Positions 1-9,204 of a DNA stretch of 64,000 bases are shown here, piece by piece; position 1 is the first letter of the stretch; each line of letters starts with the position of its first letter. The position numbers and the translations under genes are program-made. The stretch is taken from positions 1 through 64,000 of the forward strand of contig JAHLWR010000013.1 in the NCBI GenBank assembly GCA_019057815.1. The letters run 5' to 3'. Source of the DNA: Candidatus Heimdallarchaeota archaeon. GTDB lineage: Archaea > Asgardarchaeota > Heimdallarchaeia > Heimdallarchaeales > Heimdallarchaeaceae. The notes under the pieces were generated by a model. It searched no databases and had not been told where the DNA came from. It worked only from the letters and a program-made list of their open reading frames with translations.

Positions 1-88
1 AGACAGTAAAAAGGAAGATTCTGTTTCCTCCAAAGACAGTAAAAAGGAAGATTCTGTTTCCTCCAAAGACAGTAAAAAGGAAGATTCT
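1..88. repeat. 33-bp perfect tandem repeat, at least 2.7 copies, truncated by the window edge
   Basis: AGACAGTAAAAAGGAAGATTCTGTTTCCTCCAA at 1-33 and 34-66, partial at 67-88; no spacers; unit length is a multiple of 3. Confidence 0.95.
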
Positions 89-106
89 ACTTTATCAAAA
101 GAGTAG
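2..106 (+). CDS. 3' end of a gene running in from the left edge; C-terminal tail made of 11-aa repeats (DSKKEDSVSSK)
   Basis: Frame starting at nt 2 reads DSKKEDSVSSK DSKKEDSVSSK DSKKEDSTLSKE then TAG at 104-106, followed by T-rich tracts. Confidence 0.6.
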   Translation, partial: DSKKEDSVSSKDSKKEDSVSSKDSKKEDSTLSKE

Positions 107-129
107 AGTATTTTCTTTATTTTTCTTTT

Positions 130-816
130 TCAATTGTCATTTTGACAATAAAAAGTTCCTTTTTCTTTTATATGTCCCTGTTCAAATTTCGTGTCTAAGT
201 ATTTTTGATTATATTTGTTTGCTTCAATGATAACAGGAATTCTTTCCCTCACATCTACTCCACTATTACAGAGTTCTGATACTTTGTCTGGGTTATTAGT
301 TAGTAGTTTAATTGATTTTAGTTTTAGAGCTTTTATTATATCAATCGCAATTAGATAAGATCTTTCATCATCTTGAAAACCTAATAACTTATTAGCTTCA
401 TACGTATCATAACCTAATTCTTGCAGAGTATAAGCTTTAAGCTTGTTAAATAAGCCAATACCTCTACCTTCTTGTCTTAAATAAACTAAAACACCCAAAT
501 TGTTGTTTTGAATGTATTTCAATGCATATTCTAGTTGTTGTCTACAATCACAACGCAAGGAAGTAAATGCATCCCCTGTTAGACACTCAGAATGTATTCT
601 TAATGGAATATTATCTTGATTGATGGGATTTCCTTTTATTATGACAGTATGCTCTTTCATATCTCTGTAACTATAGATACCGATAATTTGAAACTCTCCA
701 AAGCTTGTAGGTAAAGCCGCTATTGATCCAAAGTGAACTAACTCTGTGTTTTCTATTCCAAGTTCGTTAATTTTTTTTCTTATCATTTTATGTAATTTGT
801 CAACCATTTTTTTCAA
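130..816 (-). CDS. ribA: GTP cyclohydrolase II
   Basis: RIHSECLTGDAFTSLRCDC zinc motif, YLRQEGRGIGL, LLTNNPDK. Confidence 0.95.
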   Translation of the reverse strand: MKKMVDKLHKMIRKKINELGIENTELVHFGSIAALPTSFGEFQIIGIYSYRDMKEHTVIIKGNPINQDNIPLRIHSECLTGDAFTSLRCDCRQQLEYALKYIQNNNLGVLVYLRQEGRGIGLFNKLKAYTLQELGYDTYEANKLLGFQDDERSYLIAIDIIKALKLKSIKLLTNNPDKVSELCNSGVDVRERIPVIIEANKYNQKYLDTKFEQGHIKEKGTFYCQNDN

Positions 817-858
817 CCTGAAAAGGACTTCAATATAAGAGAAGAAAACTAATTTTTG

Positions 859-1158
859 TTAATAAACAATTCTAAATTGCGAAAAATCCTTTTTTGGCTT
901 TTCCCACTTAACATTTAAATTGTATACTCGCGCTGATGAGGGACCTTTTCTAGCATATTTTATTAGTTTCTCCAGATTTTCCTTGTTTCCCTCTGCAATA
1001 ATCTCAACTGCCCCATTAGGTAGATTTCGGACAGTTCCTCCCACTCCAATCATATATGCAAAATCACGAGTTTCAGCTCTAAAACAAACTCCTTGCACAA
1101 TACCTGTAACAACAATTTCTACTCTCTGGATTTTATCATTTTCTGACATGATACTCAC
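859..1158 (-). CDS. acyP: Acylphosphatase
   Basis: VTGIVQGVCFR and GTVRNLPNGAVEI signature motifs. Confidence 0.93.
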   Translation of the reverse strand: MSIMSENDKIQRVEIVVTGIVQGVCFRAETRDFAYMIGVGGTVRNLPNGAVEIIAEGNKENLEKLIKYARKGPSSARVYNLNVKWEKPKKDFSQFRIVY

Positions 1159-1916
1159 TATATTCCCATTTCTTCAAATAACTTTCCAATGAACTCTGGT
1201 AATGTTTTCTCACAAGGTCCGATAATTGAATAGTCACTAATCGAGGATATAGGTGTTTCCTCTATATTAAACTCAACAACTTTTGCTCCTATTTGTTTCG
1301 CAAGATGTGGTAATGATGCAACAGGATAAACGATTCCTGAAGTACCAATCACTAATAACAAATCAGCTTTTTCTACATAATTCTGAGCTTTGTTCCATTG
1401 ATCGGGGTTTAAGGTTTCATGGAACCACACAACATCTGGTCTTAATGGGTTGATCTTACATTCAGAACAATAAGGTAGTTCTCCAACATTTTCTGCAAAT
1501 TCACTATTGTCCCATCTTTCATAGTGATTACATGAGATGCATCTTGCATAGCGTATTCTTCCATGAACTTCTACAATATTTTGTGTACCAGCAATCTCAT
1601 GTAGCCCATCAACGTTCTGTGTAACTACTCCGATTCCTATCCCCTTCACTTCTAATTCAGTAAGTGCTTGATGAGCAGGATTGGGTTTTGCTTTCAGCAA
1701 AATTCTCATTCTAGCCCTATACCAATCCCATACAAGTATTGGATCTTTCTGAAATGCAAAAGGGGTTGCTAAATCTTGAGCTTTATAATTGTTCCACATA
1801 CCATCTTCACCTCTAAACGTAGGCATTCCAGAAGCTTTTGAAATTCCAGACCCAACAAGTGAGGTTATTTTGAGATTTGATTTAACTACCTTCTGAACAA
1901 TAGAATCGATATTCAT
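1158..1916 (-). CDS. cobB: NAD-dependent protein deacylase, Sir2 family
   Basis: GSGISKASGMPTFRG, TQNVDGLH, HG, CxxC...CxxC, LRPDVVWF, GTSGIVYP. Confidence 0.95.
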   Translation of the reverse strand: MNIDSIVQKVVKSNLKITSLVGSGISKASGMPTFRGEDGMWNNYKAQDLATPFAFQKDPILVWDWYRARMRILLKAKPNPAHQALTELEVKGIGIGVVTQNVDGLHEIAGTQNIVEVHGRIRYARCISCNHYERWDNSEFAENVGELPYCSECKINPLRPDVVWFHETLNPDQWNKAQNYVEKADLLLVIGTSGIVYPVASLPHLAKQIGAKVVEFNIEETPISSISDYSIIGPCEKTLPEFIGKLFEEMGI

Positions 1917-2058
1917 TATTATCTACTTACAATCTCAGAATATTACTATTATGGTTCCACTTCTCTTTTTTAAGAAAATAAAGATTTAGCTGGTTGTGCT
2001 CCAGTTAATCTATATCCTATTTAGTGATAAAAAACAGGAAAAAGCAAATAAAAACCAC

Positions 2059-3159
2059 TTATACTTCGAATTTCCTTTTTTTACCCGTTACTTCAAGATA
2101 TAACTTATCGATGCTATTTCTGTATTCAGGGTACCTTAGCAACGCAATTTGAAAAGATATGTCTTTTTCAGAATCAGTTAATTTGGCAAATTGTTGTTTA
2201 GGATTTGTAGTGAGAGCATAATATTGAGATATCATACTTGTACCTGAATAACGGATTATTTTTACGACTTCTTCTTCTATTTTTCTTAAAGAATCATCGA
2301 TATATTTTTTGTAATTAAGTCCTCCACTTTCAGCATCTACTTGCAATTTTTCTAGCATTTCTTTACTAAAATCACTTTCCTGACCATTTTTAGCTGATCC
2401 TGTGGTTAGATCTACAATAACATTATCGGGATAGTTTGAAAGTAAATCTGGTGTTGCAAACAAAACATCAAACTGATTGGGGGGAACATAATTTGTTGGA
2501 TACAGAGAAACTAGCAACTCCCTTCTTGGTTGAAATGATTGCATCGATGAAAGGAATGGTTTAACCATCTCTTTTGAACATACAACAATTATGGGTTTTC
2601 CTACAAGTAAAGCATAAACTACTCTCTCCTCCCCTTTATTAACTAATCGCATGAAGAAATATGGTGCAGCTACCGAACGATCAATATCAATTGCCTGAGC
2701 TCCTGTAACCCCTTCTTGTGAGGTTTCAAGTACGGAAGCTAAATTTTTAGCCCAATTGAAAATTCTTCCTTTCATATTTTCATCTAGTTCATAACCAGGT
2801 TCATACAAAATTAAACCTGAAATTTGCTTTGCTGTATTTGAACTGTGATAATTGAATACTGGGACCTTGGCATATAGTTGTGATTGCATCTGTTCGGGAA
2901 GAATGAAAGTTAAACAAGCCATTGTTATAGGTGATCTTTTGCTTTTAGATGGAACACCAAAAAAGAATGAATATGCAACTCCACCCAGATCATGTAAGGG
3001 CATTACTGCACTGTCTTCTCGAAGAATATCCGTTGCTGCCGCACCACTCAACATTCGAATCGAAACTTTCTGAGATTCTTCTTCTGTTAAATCTTGATAA
3101 TAAAGAGCCCTAGTCCCTACAGTGTCATCAAAAATACTAAAGCATACCTTATGTGACAT
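2059..3159 (-). CDS. Folliculin/SMCR8-like longin(uDENN)-DENN protein
   Basis: N-terminal FSIFDDTVGTRALY longin strand; DENN-core pattern VVYALLVGKPIIVVCS...FLSSMQSFQP...YPTNYVPPNQFDVLFATP...VIVDL; helical tail. Confidence 0.65.
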   Translation of the reverse strand: MSHKVCFSIFDDTVGTRALYYQDLTEEESQKVSIRMLSGAAATDILREDSAVMPLHDLGGVAYSFFFGVPSKSKRSPITMACLTFILPEQMQSQLYAKVPVFNYHSSNTAKQISGLILYEPGYELDENMKGRIFNWAKNLASVLETSQEGVTGAQAIDIDRSVAAPYFFMRLVNKGEERVVYALLVGKPIIVVCSKEMVKPFLSSMQSFQPRRELLVSLYPTNYVPPNQFDVLFATPDLLSNYPDNVIVDLTTGSAKNGQESDFSKEMLEKLQVDAESGGLNYKKYIDDSLRKIEEEVVKIIRYSGTSMISQYYALTTNPKQQFAKLTDSEKDISFQIALLRYPEYRNSIDKLYLEVTGKKRKFEV

Positions 3160-3352
3160 TGTTTTACCAGTTTTTTTATTTCTCTTAAACTTATCTGTAT
3201 AGGGAACCTCATATGTGAGTTAGAAGAGCTAAACACATCGAATTTTCTATTTTCTAATTTTTTAAAAAGAGAAATTTTTCAAATATTAACAAGCACTCGA
3301 AATGTTTTTTAAAGCATTTTCTGATATTAATACATTAGGTCTATGCAATTAG

Positions 3353-3661
3353 GTGGTTGTAGTGAGTAGAAAAGATGATATCCCTAGAAGTATACTAGAA
3401 CGATTGGGAAAGAGCAAACGCCTGATTCTTATCGAGATATCCAAGGGTGAGCTAGGATATAAGAGACTATCAAGAAAACTTGGTCTTGGATTAGATACTA
3501 TTCGATCACATATTAGAACAGGTAAGCATTCTACTTCATTATTCCAATTAGATTTAATTTTACATGATCAAGAGAGATGGATTATTTCTGAATTAGGAAA
3601 GAAAGTTCTAGAATTACTAAAACAAGAACCTGAGTATTCAGCCCATTTCTATGATAAATAA
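3353..3661 (+). CDS. Small winged helix-turn-helix protein, probable transcription regulator
   Basis: ILIEISKGELGYKRLSRKLGLGLDTIRSHI helix-turn-helix and WIISELGKKVL wing; GTG start. Confidence 0.65.
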   Translation: MVVVSRKDDIPRSILERLGKSKRLILIEISKGELGYKRLSRKLGLGLDTIRSHIRTGKHSTSLFQLDLILHDQERWIISELGKKVLELLKQEPEYSAHFYDK

Positions 3662-5317
3662 CTAGCTATCAATCTTGATAGTTAAACATTTCAATGCTTT
3701 TTTCATGAACACTATTACCTCGTTCTTACCTATGGCATCAACAAGTGTTCCTGCTCTTGGACCAGATTTTCTTCCAATAAATATTAGATAGATTAGTTGG
3801 AAGAACTCTTTAGGTTTGATTTGCTGCTTTTTAGAATATTCATACAAGAATTGAGTGATTTCGTCTCCTTTGAGTGTATCTGGTAGTTTTTGTAAAGCTT
3901 CAAGTAGATGATTGAATATTGTTTGGTCTATACTTTTCACAATTTCACAGTCTGGATTTTCGAAAATCTTAAATTTTATCTTATCATTGGCATAATTTTC
4001 TATCCAATATTTTACTCTTTGAAAACGTTTTGATAAGAATAAATTAGTTAAATCATCTGGTTCTTGTGGAATGATTCCTGTAGATTTTAATCTATCTATT
4101 ATTTTTTCTTCATCAAATAAACACACTTGCATAACTGTAGCTAAGTGACCGTAGTCCACTCTTATTGCTTTATTTGAAGAGGGATCTCCAATTAATGCCA
4201 ATTCATAAGCTTTGATCGTTTTCTCTCTAGATTTTTTATGTTCTAGACTTAATTTTTGATAGAATAATTCTTCTGCTTGGTCAAACTCTGATGCGATGTT
4301 TGGAATATCTAAATCGACTCTGAAATCGAAATCTGTTCTAAGATTGGTTCTATAGATTTTGTACAGGAATATAGCTGGTTCTAGAATTTTTGGAAATTCA
4401 GTTACTGGCATCCCGCTTCCTGAACTTCCGCTAAGTTTTCTTCCTCCAAAAGTGAGAAAACCATGCTGAATTAGCAAAGGAAGTTTTGCTTTGTTGAATA
4501 TTTTTTTATGAATAGCTAAAGATGTATCAATTGATCCACCTGCTACACCATGGTCTTTTCCTGAAGATTCTACTGTTACACCAAAGAAATCTTGTCTAGC
4601 TGCCCAATCCAATCTCCATTTTAGTTTCCATAATGTTTCTCCCATCTTTATTGTCGATTTCTCTCCACATCCTTTTTTCTCTCTTTTGCAGTGAATGTTA
4701 ATAATAATCTCGTTACTCTCAATTCTATAATCCGTAATAAATGGCGCTGCAAAAATCTTGCATTTTGGGCACTGTACGAGAAAAAATTCTTCCATTCTAG
4801 AACCAGTTATTTCTTCAGTGAGTTGAGATGTTTCCTCTCTCTTTTCAATAAAGAGTTTTGCATATTTATCATACTTTCCTTGAGCATACATTTCTGAGGT
4901 TTTTATTGGTTCAGGGTGAACATCAAACTCGTCCATAATTTCAATAGCATTAGAAATAAAATGATCTGCATAAGAAGAATGACAACCAAGTGGGTCTGGT
5001 ACATCACAAATAGCATGACCTAGATATTTATGTAATAACTTTCCATAATCCTTCTTAAAGAAGGCTGGGATTTTGTCAAATGGGTCAATATTATCAATAT
5101 TAAGTATATAACTAGATTCAGCTTCTAAATTCAAAAGCTCTCTATGAATGGCTCGACATGTTACTGCTTCTTTAAAATTCCCAATATGATAATAACCACT
5201 AGGAGCCCATCCAGTCGCAACAACCTGCTTTTTATCAAATCTTTTAATAGCTTCCTCACTGACAACTGTTGCCCAATGTTTGTATTCTCGATCTTCTCTC
5301 TCATCTATGTGAGTCAT
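3662..5317 (-). CDS. lysS: Lysine--tRNA ligase, class I
   Basis: HWA N-terminus, PSGYYHIGN, KLKWRLDWAAR, GKDH, KLSGS (KMSKS-like), GPRAG anticodon-binding domain. Confidence 0.95.
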   Translation of the reverse strand: MTHIDEREDREYKHWATVVSEEAIKRFDKKQVVATGWAPSGYYHIGNFKEAVTCRAIHRELLNLEAESSYILNIDNIDPFDKIPAFFKKDYGKLLHKYLGHAICDVPDPLGCHSSYADHFISNAIEIMDEFDVHPEPIKTSEMYAQGKYDKYAKLFIEKREETSQLTEEITGSRMEEFFLVQCPKCKIFAAPFITDYRIESNEIIINIHCKREKKGCGEKSTIKMGETLWKLKWRLDWAARQDFFGVTVESSGKDHGVAGGSIDTSLAIHKKIFNKAKLPLLIQHGFLTFGGRKLSGSSGSGMPVTEFPKILEPAIFLYKIYRTNLRTDFDFRVDLDIPNIASEFDQAEELFYQKLSLEHKKSREKTIKAYELALIGDPSSNKAIRVDYGHLATVMQVCLFDEEKIIDRLKSTGIIPQEPDDLTNLFLSKRFQRVKYWIENYANDKIKFKIFENPDCEIVKSIDQTIFNHLLEALQKLPDTLKGDEITQFLYEYSKKQQIKPKEFFQLIYLIFIGRKSGPRAGTLVDAIGKNEVIVFMKKALKCLTIKIDS

Positions 5318-5386
5318 GCTAACAGAAGATTTTTACTTGTAACTTAAGAGTTGTTGTCATTAACATTTGTAGAGTAAGTAGTTGGT

Positions 5387-6742
5387 TTAAGTAAATAGAT
5401 TATAGATATTTTCAATCGCGTTCTCCCACTTTCTAAAATTTTCTGGCGAACTAGGATATTCTACAAATAAGTCCGCTAGTTTCTTATTTGCATCCATGGC
5501 TTTCTTCATTAGTAGCAACAAACCTATTTTAGGGAAAGACCTAACCACTCGCATAAGCATTGAAAATAGGTTTTCTTTTTTTAAGACGCCAGCAGAACTT
5601 AAATCAGACTTTTTAATCACTTTCCGCTTTAAGAGAAACTCAAGATTTTTTGCTCCTAACTTTTCTAGAACTAAAGTGAGTATTTTATATCTCGCATTTT
5701 CTTCACCAAATTTTTTCATTACTTTAATATTATATTCCCATAAATCTTTAGTAGAATAATTCTGCTCTTTAGCAGCTTTTATTGCGACTTCTGCCGCAAA
5801 ACATCCTGCAAATAAAGCTGGTCCATGCCCTTCAGCTGTTAGAGGATCAGCGTGGAAAGCTGCATCCCCTGCTACTATCAACCCAGGAGCAACCGCATTC
5901 CAAAGCGGTGGCTTTACTGTTACAACATCACCTCTACTATCAAGAATCTCATAAGAATCAGGAGAATAGTACTTTTTCATTGCTTCGTTATATATTTTTT
6001 TTACACTCTTTTTCTCATTTTTACCTTCTTTAACGAATCCGGTACCACAATTTAATTTCTTTTTACCAATAGCAAAAAACCAAATATAACCTGGTTCAGG
6101 AACATCCTTAACATATTGAAGAACAATTTTACCATCTAATTTGTGAGGTTTCTTCAATTTGATTATTTCTCTGAAACATGAGGCATAATCGCTTTTTGAT
6201 AAATTCTTATTTAATAATGGTTCAAAATTTTCAGGTAAATTCGTTCGTACCACAGCCATTGTACCACTGCAATCAATTACAATTTTGCTTCTAAACTCGA
6301 AAATGCTTCCATCTTTTTTCTTTACTTTTACACCGCTCACTTTATTGTCCTTAATAATAGGATTTAGAACTTTAGTTTCGCTTTCTAAAAGTACACCTCT
6401 CTTTAAGGCTTCTTTTAACAATCTTTGTCCGTATATGTGTCTGTTTACCATATAACCTATAGACGGTAGACTAAGGTTGATTTCAGGATTTGCGGTCTGG
6501 ATAACAAGGGTGGAGATATTAGTATTAATTTCGTCTCCCTTGGGTGGTTCAACATTCAATTTTTTAGAAACATTGATAACAGTTTTTTTAGATATAGCGT
6601 CACCACACACTTTGTTACCAATTTCTTCCTCTGTTTTTTTGTCTATTAGAAGAGTTTTCATTTTATTGTTTACACACAATATTGCAGCCGAAATTCCCGC
6701 AGGCCCTCCCCCTACTATAACTACATCATATGTTTCAGACAT
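5387..6742 (-). CDS. Geranylgeranyl reductase family (digeranylgeranylglycerophospholipid reductase-like)
   Basis: GGGPAG FAD motif, KVCGDA, PGYIWFF, AGDAAFHADPLTAEG. Confidence 0.88.
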   Translation of the reverse strand: MSETYDVVIVGGGPAGISAAILCVNNKMKTLLIDKKTEEEIGNKVCGDAISKKTVINVSKKLNVEPPKGDEINTNISTLVIQTANPEINLSLPSIGYMVNRHIYGQRLLKEALKRGVLLESETKVLNPIIKDNKVSGVKVKKKDGSIFEFRSKIVIDCSGTMAVVRTNLPENFEPLLNKNLSKSDYASCFREIIKLKKPHKLDGKIVLQYVKDVPEPGYIWFFAIGKKKLNCGTGFVKEGKNEKKSVKKIYNEAMKKYYSPDSYEILDSRGDVVTVKPPLWNAVAPGLIVAGDAAFHADPLTAEGHGPALFAGCFAAEVAIKAAKEQNYSTKDLWEYNIKVMKKFGEENARYKILTLVLEKLGAKNLEFLLKRKVIKKSDLSSAGVLKKENLFSMLMRVVRSFPKIGLLLLMKKAMDANKKLADLFVEYPSSPENFRKWENAIENIYNLFT

Positions 6743-6874
6743 TCAAACAAAAATGCAATAGCTCTATAATAAGACTTTGCAATACATCCCAAATTATGGG
6801 ATTATTATTTAGGTGCTTATTAGAAAACATTTAGCTAACTTGGATGATAAAGTAAGAAAGGGAGTTAAATCTAC

Positions 6875-8443
6875 TCACCAAGAAAGATTTGTCATCTCTC
6901 TAGCAATAGAACTTTCTTTCTTTATTATCTCAGTTTCTTTCTTATCTCCAATATAAATTTTGAATGTTTCAAAAAGTGGCGGAGTATCACCTGATATTTT
7001 AATAATTAACAGTTTTTCTTGCTCTTTTGCAGGTGGGTTGGCTATCCAAGTAATAATTCTCTTTCCTTTATCGTTTGTTTGTTCCATTACTTGATCATCT
7101 GGAGGGTCTTTTGTAGTAATAACATGAGATATTGGTATTGCATCTTCAATAGAAATAATATCCTCAACATCTCTCACGCATTTTAGTACATATACAAGTC
7201 TATAACCTATCTCATTATCAATAGATTGGATGAATTTTGCTGCTTTTAATATGATGTTTCCTTCAGCATCTTTCACTATTTTCTTTCCTCTAAAAAGATA
7301 GGGGAAATAATCTAAGGAGTATGTTTTTTCCAAAATCTGTCCTTGATTGATGTTTTTTTGTTGCCATCGAATAATAACTCCTTTTAATCTGGCTTTCTCA
7401 ATGATTCCACGGGGTGGCATTGCTTCTGGATTTGATTTTAAAACATCAAATTCTGGTGGTAACTCATCCATAATGTGCAATTCTTCTACTCTCTTTTTAT
7501 GCACATTAATATATTTTATATCTGCAACAAATTCCAGACCAGAAGGAACTATTTCTTCGAATGTATTAAGCACAGTAATTTTATTTTCAATTATTTCAAG
7601 AATTGTACGATTGATTTTCTGTTTCATCTTATATTTGATTTCTGCTTCATTTCCAGGTGCAATTTCAGGTATTTTCCATTCAATTTCGAGTATTTTCTCT
7701 TTTTTCTTCGTGACTGGTTTAATATCTCTGCCTTCTATTGTCATATCATCTATGCTAAAACAATAAGGTATTTCATCTACAATTTTAATATCTGTAATTG
7801 CTTCATTGTATTCATTCTTTAGTCTTGAAGAAACTGTAATATCACCTATTGAATCACCAATATCAATGCTGTTGTTAGTATCGATATTCTTTGTTTCACC
7901 ATTCGCTAATTTGAATTGTTTTCTGCTTTTTACTTCATTTGGGACTTGATATTTATTGTCCTCCATTAGTTTTTGAACTAACTCACTCTGAATATATATA
8001 TCATCAGGGATATGAGTAGTTGAAACCTCAACTCCTATGATTTTACTTTTTTCCTCTGTTTCAAAGACTTCTTCAAAATGAGCAGTATTTATAATTGTAG
8101 TTTCTAAGATCAAATCTTCAATTCTTTGCTCTAGAAGTTCTTCTGACTTGATTAATCTTAAAATAATATTATAATCACTTTGTATTCCTAATTCTGTGAA
8201 ATACTCTTCGACCCATCTAGCAACACGTGTCTCATGCGGAGGTAAGATAGTAGACCAAAACTCTTGTACTGTTCTAACAATTTCATGAAGATTATTGCAC
8301 TCCCTATGACTAATCAAACCACCTGTATCATAAAAGGATACTAAACCATCCATAGAAGTGCTAAATAAATTTGTGTTTGGTTCAATTCGTATGAAATATC
8401 GAGTAGATCCCCAAATTGTTTTTCTTTCTACCATTTTACTCAA
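6875..8443 (-). CDS. Soluble protein with three tandem beta-sandwich (DUF11/Ig-like) repeats
   Basis: Repeated I.DE(I/L)P..F ... I.W.....PG pattern (IVDEIP...IEWKIPEIAPG; IMDELP...IRWQQKNINQG; IEDAIP...ITWIANPP); no signal peptide or TM segment. Confidence 0.6.
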   Translation of the reverse strand: MSKMVERKTIWGSTRYFIRIEPNTNLFSTSMDGLVSFYDTGGLISHRECNNLHEIVRTVQEFWSTILPPHETRVARWVEEYFTELGIQSDYNIILRLIKSEELLEQRIEDLILETTIINTAHFEEVFETEEKSKIIGVEVSTTHIPDDIYIQSELVQKLMEDNKYQVPNEVKSRKQFKLANGETKNIDTNNSIDIGDSIGDITVSSRLKNEYNEAITDIKIVDEIPYCFSIDDMTIEGRDIKPVTKKKEKILEIEWKIPEIAPGNEAEIKYKMKQKINRTILEIIENKITVLNTFEEIVPSGLEFVADIKYINVHKKRVEELHIMDELPPEFDVLKSNPEAMPPRGIIEKARLKGVIIRWQQKNINQGQILEKTYSLDYFPYLFRGKKIVKDAEGNIILKAAKFIQSIDNEIGYRLVYVLKCVRDVEDIISIEDAIPISHVITTKDPPDDQVMEQTNDKGKRIITWIANPPAKEQEKLLIIKISGDTPPLFETFKIYIGDKKETEIIKKESSIAREMTNLSW

Positions 8444-9041
8444 TCCTCACTTCCTCAGTTATAGATATAACTTCATATTCATCTAATTTTTCTGTTGATA
8501 TTTCAGAATCTTCGCTTGTGTTAGTCTTTAGGTTAAACATTTCAACCTGAAAAGTTCCCTCTGGTAGTTGATTTTCAATATATTTTCTAATTTCTGAAAC
8601 TGTGTTAAATTGGAGATTAGGACTAGCTAAAATTGTAACAAAATCACCAAAAATGTCTCTTTTTCTAATTTGTATGATTTCTCTTTTTGTTGATCCTTTT
8701 GATCTTCTCTCGAAAATTGTTTTTGCAGTATTCAAATGGAAGCTATCTAACTTTTGCTTTAATGCCTTGTCATAGAATTCTTTTGCTTTTTCAATGTTTT
8801 CTATATACAGATATCTTGTAATTACTTTACTGAATGCATAAGATTGAAAATCCTCTTCTTCCAACTTTTCCATAGTTTCAGCAAAAAATTGCCATACTAT
8901 TATAGATTCTAGGTATTTCTCTTTTTTTTCAAGATCTAGAGTTTTACTTTCAATATATTTTAAGCCTTCATCTACGGATTGGTTAACAATTATATTTTTA
9001 GCTTCTTTTATTATGTCTTGAACAATTGCACCACTACTCAA
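8436..9041 (-). CDS. Hypothetical protein with TPR-like helical N-terminus; overlaps the downstream gene by 8 nt
   Basis: Amphipathic helix pairs (KYLESIIVWQFFAE, ENIEKAKEFYDKAL); operon-like overlap. Confidence 0.55.
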   Translation of the reverse strand: MSSGAIVQDIIKEAKNIIVNQSVDEGLKYIESKTLDLEKKEKYLESIIVWQFFAETMEKLEEEDFQSYAFSKVITRYLYIENIEKAKEFYDKALKQKLDSFHLNTAKTIFERRSKGSTKREIIQIRKRDIFGDFVTILASPNLQFNTVSEIRKYIENQLPEGTFQVEMFNLKTNTSEDSEISTEKLDEYEVISITEEVRIE

Positions 9042-9204
9042 TAGTACACACCAATAGCAAATACTGTTACAATTATAATTTCGAGCTCTTTAAAATTATT
9101 GGTCAAGTGTAAGCAACAAAAACTAAAAAAGTTATGTTGATTCCTCTTCTAGTCAATTAAGACTTGAGCCGATAGAGTTAAAAAACCTCTTTTTTTCTGT
9201 TCTT

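Noticed and set aside
1-88. CRISPR array
   Set aside because: Units are head-to-tail with no spacers, in frame with a stop codon, and there are no cas genes in the window.
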